A stretch of DNA of 64,000 nt. It comes from an uncultured Actinomycetota bacterium (GTDB lineage: Bacteria > Actinomycetota > Actinomycetes > Jiangellales > Jiangellaceae). The stretch is taken from positions 38,879 to 102,878 of the forward strand of contig CAWBXN010000003.1 in the NCBI GenBank assembly GCA_963792805.1, read 5' to 3'. Positions 25,296-33,661 of the stretch are shown here, piece by piece (the first letter of the stretch is position 1; each line of letters opens with the position of its first letter). Under the pieces are notes generated by a model, which saw nothing but the letters and a program-made list of their open reading frames with translations, had not been told where the DNA came from and searched no databases. A program made the position numbers and the translations under genes.

Positions 25296-26725
25296 ACGGC
25301 CGAGACTGTCCGGAACAACGGTGTAACTGGCCCAACTCGCCGACCGGTGGTCGGCAGGAAGGTCGGTTGTGATGACCGAGACACTGGCGGGCATGAGCTC
25401 GCTGAAGAAGGCCATGACGAAGACGGCCACGCCGGCGGATGCTGAGCGTGCCGCGGTGCGGGAGCTGGTCAGGTCGGCCCGCGCGCGTGGTGAGGATCTG
25501 ACCGGGCCTGACGGCCTGTTGAAGGGGATCACCAAACAGGTCTTGGAGGCCGCGCTCGAGGAGGAGATGACCGAGCACGTCGGGTATGACAAGCATGCCG
25601 TTCAGGGACACAACAGCGGCAACTCCCGCAACGGCACGAGGACCAAGACGGTGCTGACCGACAACGCCGGCGAGGTGCAGGTGCAGGTGCCGCGGGACCG
25701 TGACGGCACCTTCGCACCGGTGATCGTCAGGAAACGGCAGCGTCGGTTGTCCGACGTCGACGCGGTGGTGCTGTCGCTGTACGCCCGTGGGCTCACCACG
25801 GGGGAGATCTCGGCGCACTTCGCCGAGGTGTACGGGGCGTCGGTGTGCAAAGACACGGTCTCGCGGATCACCGACCGGGTGATCGAGGACATGCAGGTCT
25901 GGTCCTCGCGGCCGCTGCAGGGCGTGTACGCGGTGATCTTCATCGACGCAATCATGGTGAAGGTCCGCGACGGCCAGGTCGGCAACCAGCCGTTCTACGC
26001 CGCCATCGGGGTCGATCTGCGTGGTCACCGCGACGTGCTCGGCCTGTGGTCCGGAAATGGTGGCGGAGAGTCGGCAAAGTTCTGGATGAACGTGCTCACC
26101 GACATCAAGAACCGCGGCGTGCACGACGTGTTCTTCATCGTGTGCGACGGGCTGAAGGGCCTGCCCGACAGCGTGAGCGCCGTCTTCCCGGCAGCGATCG
26201 TGCAGGCATGCATCATCCACCTGATCCGCGGGACGTTCCGCTACGCCTCCAAGCGCTACTGGGACCAGCTCGCCAAGGACCTGCGACCCATCTACACCGC
26301 CCCGAACGCTGAGGCCGCGTGGGCGGCGTTCGAGGAGCTGGAGGAGAAATGGGGCAAGGCCTACCCGGCCATCCCCAAGCTGTGGCGCAACGCCTGGAAC
26401 GAGTTCATTCCCTTCCTCGACTACGACGTGGAGATCAGACGCGTGCTGTGCTCGACGAACGCGATCGAGTCGCTCAACGCCCGCTACCGGCGGGCCGTGA
26501 ACACCAAAGGACACTTCCCCACCGAGCAGGCCGCACTCAAGACCCTGTACCTGGTCACCCGATCCCTGGACCCAAAGGGCCTCGGACAGGCACGATGGGT
26601 TACCCGGTGGAAGCCAGCACTCAACGCCTTCGCCATCACCTTCGCCGACCGCATGCCGGCCGCGGAGACCCTGTAATGATCAACACCGGTTACACCGTTC
26701 GTCGGACAGACCCGATTTCGGCCGT
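25296..26725 (+). mobile_element. IS256-family insertion sequence
   Basis: Single transposase gene flanked by imperfect inverted repeats: GACTGTCCGGAACAACGGTGTAACTGG (25304..25330) and the reverse complement of 26686..26711 (GTCTGTCCGACGAACGGTGTAACCGG). An outer ACGGCCGA/TCGGCCGT pair lies at 25296 and 26725. Exact ends and target duplication are not resolved. Confidence 0.8.
25369..26676 (+). CDS. IS256-family (Mutator-type) transposase
   Basis: ORF 25369..26676, 435 aa. Typical IS256 transposase sequence (LKGITKQVLEAALEEEMTEHVGYDKH, RNGTRTKTV, FIDAIMVKVRDG, CDGLKGLPD, NAIESLNARYRR). Confidence 0.95.
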   Translation: MMTETLAGMSSLKKAMTKTATPADAERAAVRELVRSARARGEDLTGPDGLLKGITKQVLEAALEEEMTEHVGYDKHAVQGHNSGNSRNGTRTKTVLTDNAGEVQVQVPRDRDGTFAPVIVRKRQRRLSDVDAVVLSLYARGLTTGEISAHFAEVYGASVCKDTVSRITDRVIEDMQVWSSRPLQGVYAVIFIDAIMVKVRDGQVGNQPFYAAIGVDLRGHRDVLGLWSGNGGGESAKFWMNVLTDIKNRGVHDVFFIVCDGLKGLPDSVSAVFPAAIVQACIIHLIRGTFRYASKRYWDQLAKDLRPIYTAPNAEAAWAAFEELEEKWGKAYPAIPKLWRNAWNEFIPFLDYDVEIRRVLCSTNAIESLNARYRRAVNTKGHFPTEQAALKTLYLVTRSLDPKGLGQARWVTRWKPALNAFAITFADRMPAAETL

Positions 26726-26944
26726 CGTTGACAGAAGGAACGGTCGTGATCGGCTTTGCGATATCCAGGCAGAGCCACTCGAGTGGGCGTTGGTCCGTTC
26801 GGGCACGCCCCAGTACTCGATTGGGCACAAATGACTCCGGCCGACCACATCCCGCGGCCTTGAGGCTAGGCTTCGGCACACGAATGCGCGGCTATCGCGA
26901 GCGTCAGGCGGCGACGCAATCGATGCTGACGATCAGAGGTTTGA

Positions 26945-27946
26945 GTGACGTCGGGCACGAATAGAGTGGAGATGGTGAGATTGCGCACATTTGCGCATGA
27001 CCCTGCCGACACCCCGGAGGCTGCTCGCCCTCGGGTGCTTCCGACTCACCCGGAGCGCGTCGACAACAATGCTCTGGTGGCCGCGTCCATCGTGTCGATG
27101 CAGCGCCTGGCCGGCAACCGGGCGGTGGCGAGTCTGCTGAGAACCGAGTCGACCGACGAGCGAGGGCGGCCGGATGCGGACGCCCAGCCGTCACCAGCGC
27201 CGCGAGATGTTGGTGTGGAAACCGGTCGCGCGGCATCGGCTGCCCGCCGCGCCGTTTCAACTGACGGGCGCGGCGTGGACGACGAGATCGCGGACAGTCG
27301 TCAGCTTGTTCAGCGCCAGGGCGGTGGCGCGCCTGCCGGACCAACGACTCCGATTGCGGTACGCAACGGCCCAGGCCACGTGCCGATCGACACCGCGGCC
27401 GCTGCCGGGATGGCGATCGACATCACCTTGACCTCCTCGACCGGCGTGGATGCGGACATGGCCGCCATCCTCGACAGCGAGCAGGTCAGTTCGTCGGTCA
27501 ATCACACGGGTTCGTATTCCAAGGTCCCGTCCCGTCGCAGCAACAACAGCGGGTATATGCCCGGCCACCCCATCCCCGCCGACCGCCACAGTGAGTCCAA
27601 AGCCGATATCATCGACACTGCGGACAATCACGGCGGGAACGGGAGCTTCGAACGGCTCCAGCTCGACACCTGGAAACCGAACGCAGCGGGCGCAGAGGCC
27701 GCAATTCCGAATTCCGGATATTTCATCAAGCGGAGCATCATCACGAACGGCACGGGAATCCGATACCGGACCGAGAAGGGTCCTCGCGCGGTCTCTGCGA
27801 ACGGGTTCAGCAGCACCGCGGGGCCTTCGCCGGTGCAGGCGGAGGAGGTCGAGGTCAGGCCACCCGCAGCCGCCCCGGCACCGGCTGCGCCGAAAGCCGC
27901 CAGCCCCGGCAAGTGGAAGAGGTTCCTGAAGTGGCTCGGACTCTGA
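26945..27946 (+). CDS. hypothetical protein with LQRLAGNRAVASLL-type N-terminal leader, unknown central domain and Ala/Pro-rich basic tail
   Basis: ORF 26945..27946 in a visibly lower-GC stretch. Leader MQRLAGNRAVASLL at about residues 52-65. Start uncertain (GTG 26945, ATG 26972 or TTG 26981). No catalytic motif recognised. Tail PPAAAPAPAAPKAASPGKWKRFLKWLGL. Confidence 0.6.
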   Translation: MTSGTNRVEMVRLRTFAHDPADTPEAARPRVLPTHPERVDNNALVAASIVSMQRLAGNRAVASLLRTESTDERGRPDADAQPSPAPRDVGVETGRAASAARRAVSTDGRGVDDEIADSRQLVQRQGGGAPAGPTTPIAVRNGPGHVPIDTAAAAGMAIDITLTSSTGVDADMAAILDSEQVSSSVNHTGSYSKVPSRRSNNSGYMPGHPIPADRHSESKADIIDTADNHGGNGSFERLQLDTWKPNAAGAEAAIPNSGYFIKRSIITNGTGIRYRTEKGPRAVSANGFSSTAGPSPVQAEEVEVRPPAAAPAPAAPKAASPGKWKRFLKWLGL

Positions 27947-27956
27947 GGAGGGCACG

Positions 27957-28415
27957 ATGCAGGACGGAGCCTCATTTCGCAAGGTCGCCCCGTTGCTGTC
28001 ACTACGACCAGAGGACGAGCAGCTGCTCGCGACGTACGACTCGTTCGACGACAGGGGAGTACCCGCGAACGGGTATCGCATCACGCTGTTGACCGCGACG
28101 CCCTCGATCGCGGTCAACGAGGTGGTCGGGATCGTGCATGTGTGCGAGTCGGTCTCGGACGATGCACCTTTGTATGTGATGGGCCCGAAGCCGGTCTGGG
28201 GTGAGTACGTCGACGGCGTGCTGGCCACCGATCCGTCGCCGACGCCGAGCAATCCGTTCGAGCTGGCCTCCTACGACGGACGCGTGCTGCCCGGACCGGG
28301 AATTGATGGCAACTACGAGGTCACCCAGTACCAATTCAGTGAGCCAGGTGTGCACACAGTTCAGTGGCGGCTGGAGCCCACCGTCTCGAACATGCTGCGG
28401 TTCACGGTATCTTGA
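27957..28415 (+). CDS. hypothetical 152-aa protein translationally coupled to 26945..27946
   Basis: ORF 27957..28415. The ATG lies 10 nt after the upstream stop, and the SD GAGGAGG overlaps that stop. Same low-GC composition. No signal peptide, TM segment or known motif. Confidence 0.55.
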   Translation: MQDGASFRKVAPLLSLRPEDEQLLATYDSFDDRGVPANGYRITLLTATPSIAVNEVVGIVHVCESVSDDAPLYVMGPKPVWGEYVDGVLATDPSPTPSNPFELASYDGRVLPGPGIDGNYEVTQYQFSEPGVHTVQWRLEPTVSNMLRFTVS

Positions 28416-28601
28416 CAGGCCGGGAGTGACAATTCTGTCCTGCCGGCCACGGGCGCCTTTTGGCGTGTTTCTTCATCGCCAATTGGTATACCGACCAAGC
28501 GGTACAAGCCGAACCAGGTCGCATCGTTGAATCGCATGCCAACATTCAGTGGGACCTTCGCCTATCCGCTCAAGGCAACAGTGGGTCACCTGGCTTCCAT
28601 G

Positions 28602-28634
28602 GCAGTGCAACCGCACTGCTTGCAGTTGCACTGC
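28602..28634. repeat. compact inverted/direct heptamer cluster GCAGTGC-N4-GCACTGC-N8-GCACTGC
   Basis: GCAGTGCAAC (28602..28611) pairs with GTTGCACTGC (28625..28634). The inner GCACTGC (28613..28619) can pair alternatively with the first heptamer. Lies in a 470-nt non-coding, lower-GC gap before the dnaB 3' end. Confidence 0.4.
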
Positions 28635-28887
28635 ATCCTCGTGACCCGCACGGTCAAGGCCTCCTAGTCCGCCAACTCGGGACGTCAAGGAATGTCGCGG
28701 ACGCTCCCGGGAGGCGTAGCCCCTTCTGGGCGAAAGGACTCACATCGAGGAGCCCGGTCCGGACCAGCACGCACGTCTCGTCATAGGTACATGGCGCGAC
28801 TGACCAGGGTCGAGAAGCCCGCCTAATGAGAGCTGCTCGCAGGAGCGATTCCAGCCATGCTCCGTGCATCTCGACAACAGCAGCTGC

Positions 28888-30372
28888 TCAGTCTCTCGCC
28901 ATATTCACGAATCGGCTGTAGTGCCCCTGGAAGGCGACCGTCACGGTGCTCGTCGGGCCGTTGCGGTGCTTGGCGACGATGAAGTCCGCCTCGCCGGCCC
29001 GGGGAGACTCCCGCTCGTAGGCGTCCTCACGGTGGAGAAGGATGACCATGTCGGCGTCCTGCTCCAGCGAGCCCGACTCGCGGAGGTCCGAGAGCATCGG
29101 CTTCTTGTCGGTGCGTTGCTCCGGGCCACGGTTGAGCTGCGAGAGCGCCACCACCGGCACCTGGAGCTCCTTGGCCAACAGCTTCAGCGACCGCGAGAAC
29201 TCGCTCACCTCGACCTGGCGGGACTCCACCCGCTTACCCGAGGTCATGAGCTGCAGGTAGTCGATGATGACAAGGCGGAGCTCGTTGCGCTGCTTGAGCC
29301 GGCGGCACTTCGCCCGAATCTCCATCATGGTCATGTTCGGTGAGTCGTCGACGAAGAACGGCGCGCTCTCGACTCTGCCGACCGTGCGCGCGATGCGATC
29401 CCAGTCAGCCTCGCTCATCGTGCCGCTACGCATGTGGTGCAGCGGCACCTTCGACTCCGCCGAGAGCATCCGCATGGTGATCTCCGAGCGGCCCATCTCC
29501 AAGGAGAACATCACCGAGGTCTGACCGGCCGTGATGGCGGCGGCCCGAGCGATGTCGAGTGCGAGCGTGGACTTCCCGATGGCCGGGCGGGCGGCGATGA
29601 TCACGAGCTGGCCGGGGTGCAGGCCGTTGGTCAGGGAGTCCAGGTCGTCGAAGCCGGTGGGCACGCCCACCATCTCGCCACCGCGCGAGCCGATGAGCTC
29701 GATCTCGTTGAGCGTGCCCTCAATGATCTCCGCGATCGGCAAGTAGTCCTCGGCCGTGCGACGCTCGGTGACGGCGTACACCTCGGCCTGGGCCCGGTCG
29801 ACCACGGCATCGACCTCCCCCTCCCCGGAGTAGCCCATCTGGGTGATCCGGGTACCGGCCTCGACGAGGCGTCGCAGCACCGCCTGGTCGTGGACGATCT
29901 CGGCGTAGTAGGCAGCGTTGGCGGCGGTCGGTACGCCGGACACCAGGGTGTGGACGTAGGGAGCTCCGCCGATTCGCGTCAGCTCACCGAGCTTGGTGAG
30001 CTCGGCGCACAGGGTCACCGGGTCAGCCGGCTCGCCGCGGCCGTAGAGCTCGAGGACGGTGTCGTAGATCGTCTCGTGCGCCGGTCGGTAGAAGTCCCCC
30101 CCTCGCAAGACCTCGACCACGTCGGCAATGGCGTCCTTCGACAGCAGCATCGCCCCAAGCACGGACTGCTCAGCGGCGACGTCCTGCGGCGGCATCCGGT
30201 CAAAGGTGGGCCCACCCGTAGGCCCACCAGTCGGACCGGTCGCACCCGCCGGTGACTGCCGCTGCGACGAGAGCTCGGCAAGGCTGATGGCGTCCACCCC
30301 CTCTCGTCGGTTCGTCCACGAACGCGGGCCGCGCTGCACGCTCCGTAGCCGACTCTGCTCGCGTGCCGTCAT
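28888..30372 (-). CDS. dnaB: replicative DNA helicase DnaB
   Basis: ORF 28888..30372. PPQDVAAEQSVLGAMLLSKDAI N-domain and Walker A IIAARPAIGKSTLALD. 494 aa, contiguous, no intein. Confidence 0.95.
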   Translation of the reverse strand: MTAREQSRLRSVQRGPRSWTNRREGVDAISLAELSSQRQSPAGATGPTGGPTGGPTFDRMPPQDVAAEQSVLGAMLLSKDAIADVVEVLRGGDFYRPAHETIYDTVLELYGRGEPADPVTLCAELTKLGELTRIGGAPYVHTLVSGVPTAANAAYYAEIVHDQAVLRRLVEAGTRITQMGYSGEGEVDAVVDRAQAEVYAVTERRTAEDYLPIAEIIEGTLNEIELIGSRGGEMVGVPTGFDDLDSLTNGLHPGQLVIIAARPAIGKSTLALDIARAAAITAGQTSVMFSLEMGRSEITMRMLSAESKVPLHHMRSGTMSEADWDRIARTVGRVESAPFFVDDSPNMTMMEIRAKCRRLKQRNELRLVIIDYLQLMTSGKRVESRQVEVSEFSRSLKLLAKELQVPVVALSQLNRGPEQRTDKKPMLSDLRESGSLEQDADMVILLHREDAYERESPRAGEADFIVAKHRNGPTSTVTVAFQGHYSRFVNMARD

Positions 30373-30991
30373 CGGTCATCGTGCCCAGCGGGTCCGACAC
30401 AACCGTGGACGAGAAGCGAGGGTGAGGCTATGGCGACGCTCGCCTGCAGGCGAGGACGTCGTCCACAGCAGGTGTGGACGACATGGGGAAAACGCGGTGT
30501 CGGCCCAGGTCAGCCATCCACAGGGACTGGGGACGACGCGCCGACGGCCGCCGACGACGACCGCCGTGTGGCCGACAGACCAGCGAGGACGTGGCCGCTC
30601 GGTGTGGACAACTGCCCGGTCAAGGCCATCTCAGGATGCGAGAAGCCCGAGTCGTCGCCTCCGCAGGGGCGCCTCGGGCCTCTCGCCTCCGGCCGTGCCC
30701 TTGGCGAGGACGATCTGCTCGCGGCGGCCCTCGACATGGCCCCGCCGGCCCGCGGGCAGACCCGGTGCTCCACCGGTTGTTCCCCGACGCCTACGGGGAC
30801 GACCTCGACGCCGCGGCCGACTTCAGCCGCTACACCGAGCGCGGGCTGCGCGAGCCAAAGCGCCGCACCGCCGAGGTGGTCCTGGCCACGCTCACCGCTG
30901 CCGAAGAAGGGTCTCGCCGAGGGTCGCGCGAGGTCACCCTGAGCGAAGACCTTCGACTGGTTGGGCTGGCTGCAGCAGACGCTCGTCGAGC

Positions 30992-31837
30992 TCAGGCGAC
31001 GGGCTGGTCCTGACGCTGACCTGCCGGTGCCGGGTCGACAGCCGAACCCATCTCCGAGGCTTCGAACGCCGCGTCGTAGAAGAAGCTCTTCTTACGCGCG
31101 ATCTTGTAGATGAGCAGGCCGAACACGGCCTTGGCGACGACGTCCGCGATGGCGTAGCCAACGTTGCGCAGGACGAACGCGTCCGCCCCGTCGAACCCGA
31201 CCATCGGGAACAGGTAGGCGATCGGGTAGACGCCCCACGTGGCCACGAGCACCCAGCGCAGGTTCTTGATGTTGCGCACGACCGGGGCGGGCTGGCGCTC
31301 GATCGACCGGGTGAGCTCGCCGAAGAGGACCCAGAGGATGTAGAGGAAGGGAATGGTGGACAGGGCCCCCCAGATGCCGCGGGTGAGGTTGTCGGTGGCG
31401 ATCTCGCCCGGGTAGCCCAGCGCGATCATCAGCGCCGAGGCGGGGACGAGCCGGATCAAGAGTCGGTTGGCGTCCTGGCGGGCGAGTGCGAGGATGGCGA
31501 CGGTCTCGACGAGCAGCAGCGGGACCGTCAGGAACCAGTCGACGTAGCGGTAGAGCTCGTTGAATGCCACCCCCTCCGCCAGGCGATAGCTGCCCTGCCC
31601 ACCGACGGCGTCGGTGACGTACGCCTCCTGGAAGTTGGCGAAGATCCGCAGGTAGTGGTAGGCGGCGATGCCGGTCACCATGGCCGAGATCGCGACTGCC
31701 TGGCGGTAGCGGGGAAGGACCCTGGGCAGGGAGACGAGCAGGAAGAGCGTCGCGAACAGCATGCTCGCGACGACGAACGAGAACGAGTTGTAGACGAGGT
31801 CGAACTGACCCTTGGTCAGTTCTTCTACTCCCACCAT
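30992..31837 (-). CDS. type-1 microbial rhodopsin, proteorhodopsin/xanthorhodopsin/actinorhodopsin-like (DTE motif, predicted outward proton pump)
   Basis: ORF 30992..31837. ATG preceded by AACAGGAGGCATC. Seven hydrophobic helices. Helix B AAYHYLRIF. Helix C RYVDWFLTVPLLLVE gives D/T/E at the PR D97/T101/E108 positions and Leu at the PR-105 position. Helix G YAIADVVAKAVFG carries the Schiff-base Lys four residues after the Asp. Confidence 0.9.
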   Translation of the reverse strand: MVGVEELTKGQFDLVYNSFSFVVASMLFATLFLLVSLPRVLPRYRQAVAISAMVTGIAAYHYLRIFANFQEAYVTDAVGGQGSYRLAEGVAFNELYRYVDWFLTVPLLLVETVAILALARQDANRLLIRLVPASALMIALGYPGEIATDNLTRGIWGALSTIPFLYILWVLFGELTRSIERQPAPVVRNIKNLRWVLVATWGVYPIAYLFPMVGFDGADAFVLRNVGYAIADVVAKAVFGLLIYKIARKKSFFYDAAFEASEMGSAVDPAPAGQRQDQPVA

Positions 31838-32070
31838 GATGCCTCCTGTTGAACGTGAGGGTGCGCCCGAAGCTGTACGTGACTATCCGCCGCACAGCCC
31901 TGAACCGCCCCTTGAGTCGGTTCTGAATCGGTTTTCGAGGAACCCTCGGCGCCCGCGGATGCCCCGGGCGTCGGTGCTGCCGGATGCGGCGCCTACGCTG
32001 GGCCATCCGTGCTCCGGCTCTCCGGCGACCTGGTCGACGCGATGCTGGCGCACGCTTGGGAGAACGACCT

Positions 32071-32517
32071 CTAGGCGGGCTGGACGTCCAGGGTGATCGT
32101 CGCCGAGAGCTCGGGGTGCAGGCGCACCGAGACGGTGTGCACGCCGACGGCCTTGATCGGCGCCGAGACCTCGACCTTGCGCTTGTCGATCGCCGGTCCA
32201 CCGGCGGACGCAAGGGCGGCGGTGATGTCCGCGGGGGTGACCGCACCGAACAGCCGGCCCCCGTCGCCGGCCCGAGCGGTGAGCACCACGGGCGTGCCCT
32301 CGATGCGTGCGGCCACCTCCTCGGCGGTCTCGAGGTCTCGGATCTCGCGCACCTCACGCCTCTTGCGCAACGAGTCGATCTGACGCTCAGCGCCCTTGGT
32401 CCAGCGCATGCCGAGGCCGCGCGGGACGAGGTAGTTGCGCGCGTAGCCGTCCTTGACCTCGACCACGTCGCCGGCCGAGCCGACGCCACTGACCTCCTGC
32501 GTCAGGATGATCTTCAC
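32071..32517 (-). CDS. rplI: 50S ribosomal protein L9
   Basis: ORF 32071..32517. MKIILTQEVSGVGSAGDVVEVKDGYARNYLVPRG. Confidence 0.97.
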   Translation of the reverse strand: MKIILTQEVSGVGSAGDVVEVKDGYARNYLVPRGLGMRWTKGAERQIDSLRKRREVREIRDLETAEEVAARIEGTPVVLTARAGDGGRLFGAVTPADITAALASAGGPAIDKRKVEVSAPIKAVGVHTVSVRLHPELSATITLDVQPA

Positions 32518-32527
32518 GTCACCCTCC

Positions 32528-32764
32528 TCAGCGGCTAGTCGAGATGTAGGGCAGCAGCGCCATCTCGCGGGCGTTCTTCACCGCGCGAGCGATCTGGCGC
32601 TGCTGCTGGACGGTCACGCCCGTCACCCGCCGGGCCCGGATCTTCCCCCGGTCGGAGATGAACTTGCGCAGCAGGGCGACGTCCTTGTAGTCGATGTACT
32701 CGACCTTGGCGGCCTTGAGCGGGTTGGGCTTCTTCTTGATCTTGCGAACAGGTGGCTTGGCCAT
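32528..32764 (-). CDS. rpsR: 30S ribosomal protein S18
   Basis: ORF 32528..32764. [51 protein letters not shown]. Confidence 0.97.
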   Translation of the reverse strand: MAKPPVRKIKKKPNPLKAAKVEYIDYKDVALLRKFISDRGKIRARRVTGVTVQQQRQIARAVKNAREMALLPYISTSR

Positions 32765-32818
32765 GGGGTGCTCCAGTGATGGGAAATGAAGGTCGGCAGC
32801 TCGAGGGCGAGCGCGCGA

Positions 32819-33340
32819 TCAGAACGGGGGTTCGTCGGCAGGGGGCGCAGCCCACGGGTCGGCGGCGCCGCCACCGGCGTTGCCGCCGGATCCGGTCGAG
32901 GACCCCCACGAGTCCCCGCCCTGGCCGCCACCGGAACCGCCGCTCTGGCCGCCCCCGGAGGCGCCGGGACCGGAGCGCTGGGTGCGCTGGACCTTGGCAG
33001 TGGCATAGCGCAGCGAAGCGCCGACCTCGTCCACGTCGAGCTCGACAACCGTGCGCTGCTGACCCTCACGGGTCTCGTAGGAGCGCTGCTTGAGTCGACC
33101 GGTCACCACGACGCGGTTGCCGCGGTGCAGCGACTCGGCGATGTTCTCGGCAACGTTGCGCCATGCCGAGCAGCGCATGAACAAGGTGTCGCCGTCCTCC
33201 CACTGCTGGGTCTGACGGTTCATGATCCGCGGCGTTGACGCCACGGTGAAGTTGGCCACGGCCGCTCCGCTGGGCGTGAACCGAAGCTCTGGGTCGTCGG
33301 TCAGGTTTCCGACGATCGTGATCGTGGTCTCACCGGCCAT
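32819..33340 (-). CDS. ssb: single-stranded DNA-binding protein
   Basis: ORF 32819..33340. OB-fold [35 protein letters not shown], Gly-rich linker and acidic tail DEPPF. Confidence 0.97.
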   Translation of the reverse strand: MAGETTITIVGNLTDDPELRFTPSGAAVANFTVASTPRIMNRQTQQWEDGDTLFMRCSAWRNVAENIAESLHRGNRVVVTGRLKQRSYETREGQQRTVVELDVDEVGASLRYATAKVQRTQRSGPGASGGGQSGGSGGGQGGDSWGSSTGSGGNAGGGAADPWAAPPADEPPF

Positions 33341-33370
33341 CTGCAGGTCTCCTCGCTACTCGTGGGCTTC

Positions 33371-33661
33371 TCAGCGGATCTCGGGCCGCAGCACCTTCGT
33401 GCGCAGCACGGACTCGTTGAGGGAGAGCTGGCGATCGAGCTCGGCCACCGCATCAGGGTCGCACTGCACGTCGAGGACGGCATAGATGCCCTCGCTGCGC
33501 TTGGCGATCTCATAGGCGAGCCGGCGGCGTCCCCAGACGTCGACCTTCTCCACGGAACCACCGGACTGGCGGATGACGTTGAGGAAGGTGTCGAGGCTTG
33601 GCGCGACAGTGCGCTCTTCCAGGTCGGGATCGAGGATCACCATGACCTCGTAGTGACGCAT
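33371..33661 (-). CDS. rpsF: 30S ribosomal protein S6
   Basis: ATG at 33661 inside ORF 33371..34075. [32 protein letters not shown] upstream. Confidence 0.97.
   Translation of the reverse strand: MRHYEVMVILDPDLEERTVAPSLDTFLNVIRQSGGSVEKVDVWGRRRLAYEIAKRSEGIYAVLDVQCDPDAVAELDRQLSLNESVLRTKVLRPEIR

Noticed and set aside
25294-26514. 406-aa minus-strand ORF inside the IS256-family element
   Set aside because: It is antisense to the unmistakable transposase gene and has no independent features.
28654-28869. 71-aa minus-strand ORF (and plus-strand ORF 28460..28786) in the spacer before dnaB
   Set aside because: There is no SD and no motif. They overlap each other and sit in a region whose composition looks non-coding. 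They may be relics of a degraded gene, but nothing supports a call.
28888-30372. Possible intein in DnaB, which is common in actinobacterial dnaB
   Set aside because: The protein is 494 aa and the helicase motifs are contiguous. There is no insertion and no Cys/Ser...HN splice-junction block.
31092-32489. 465-aa minus-strand ORF overlapping the rhodopsin and rplI genes
   Set aside because: It is an alternative frame of two well-supported genes. The translation is Arg/Pro-rich with no domain features.
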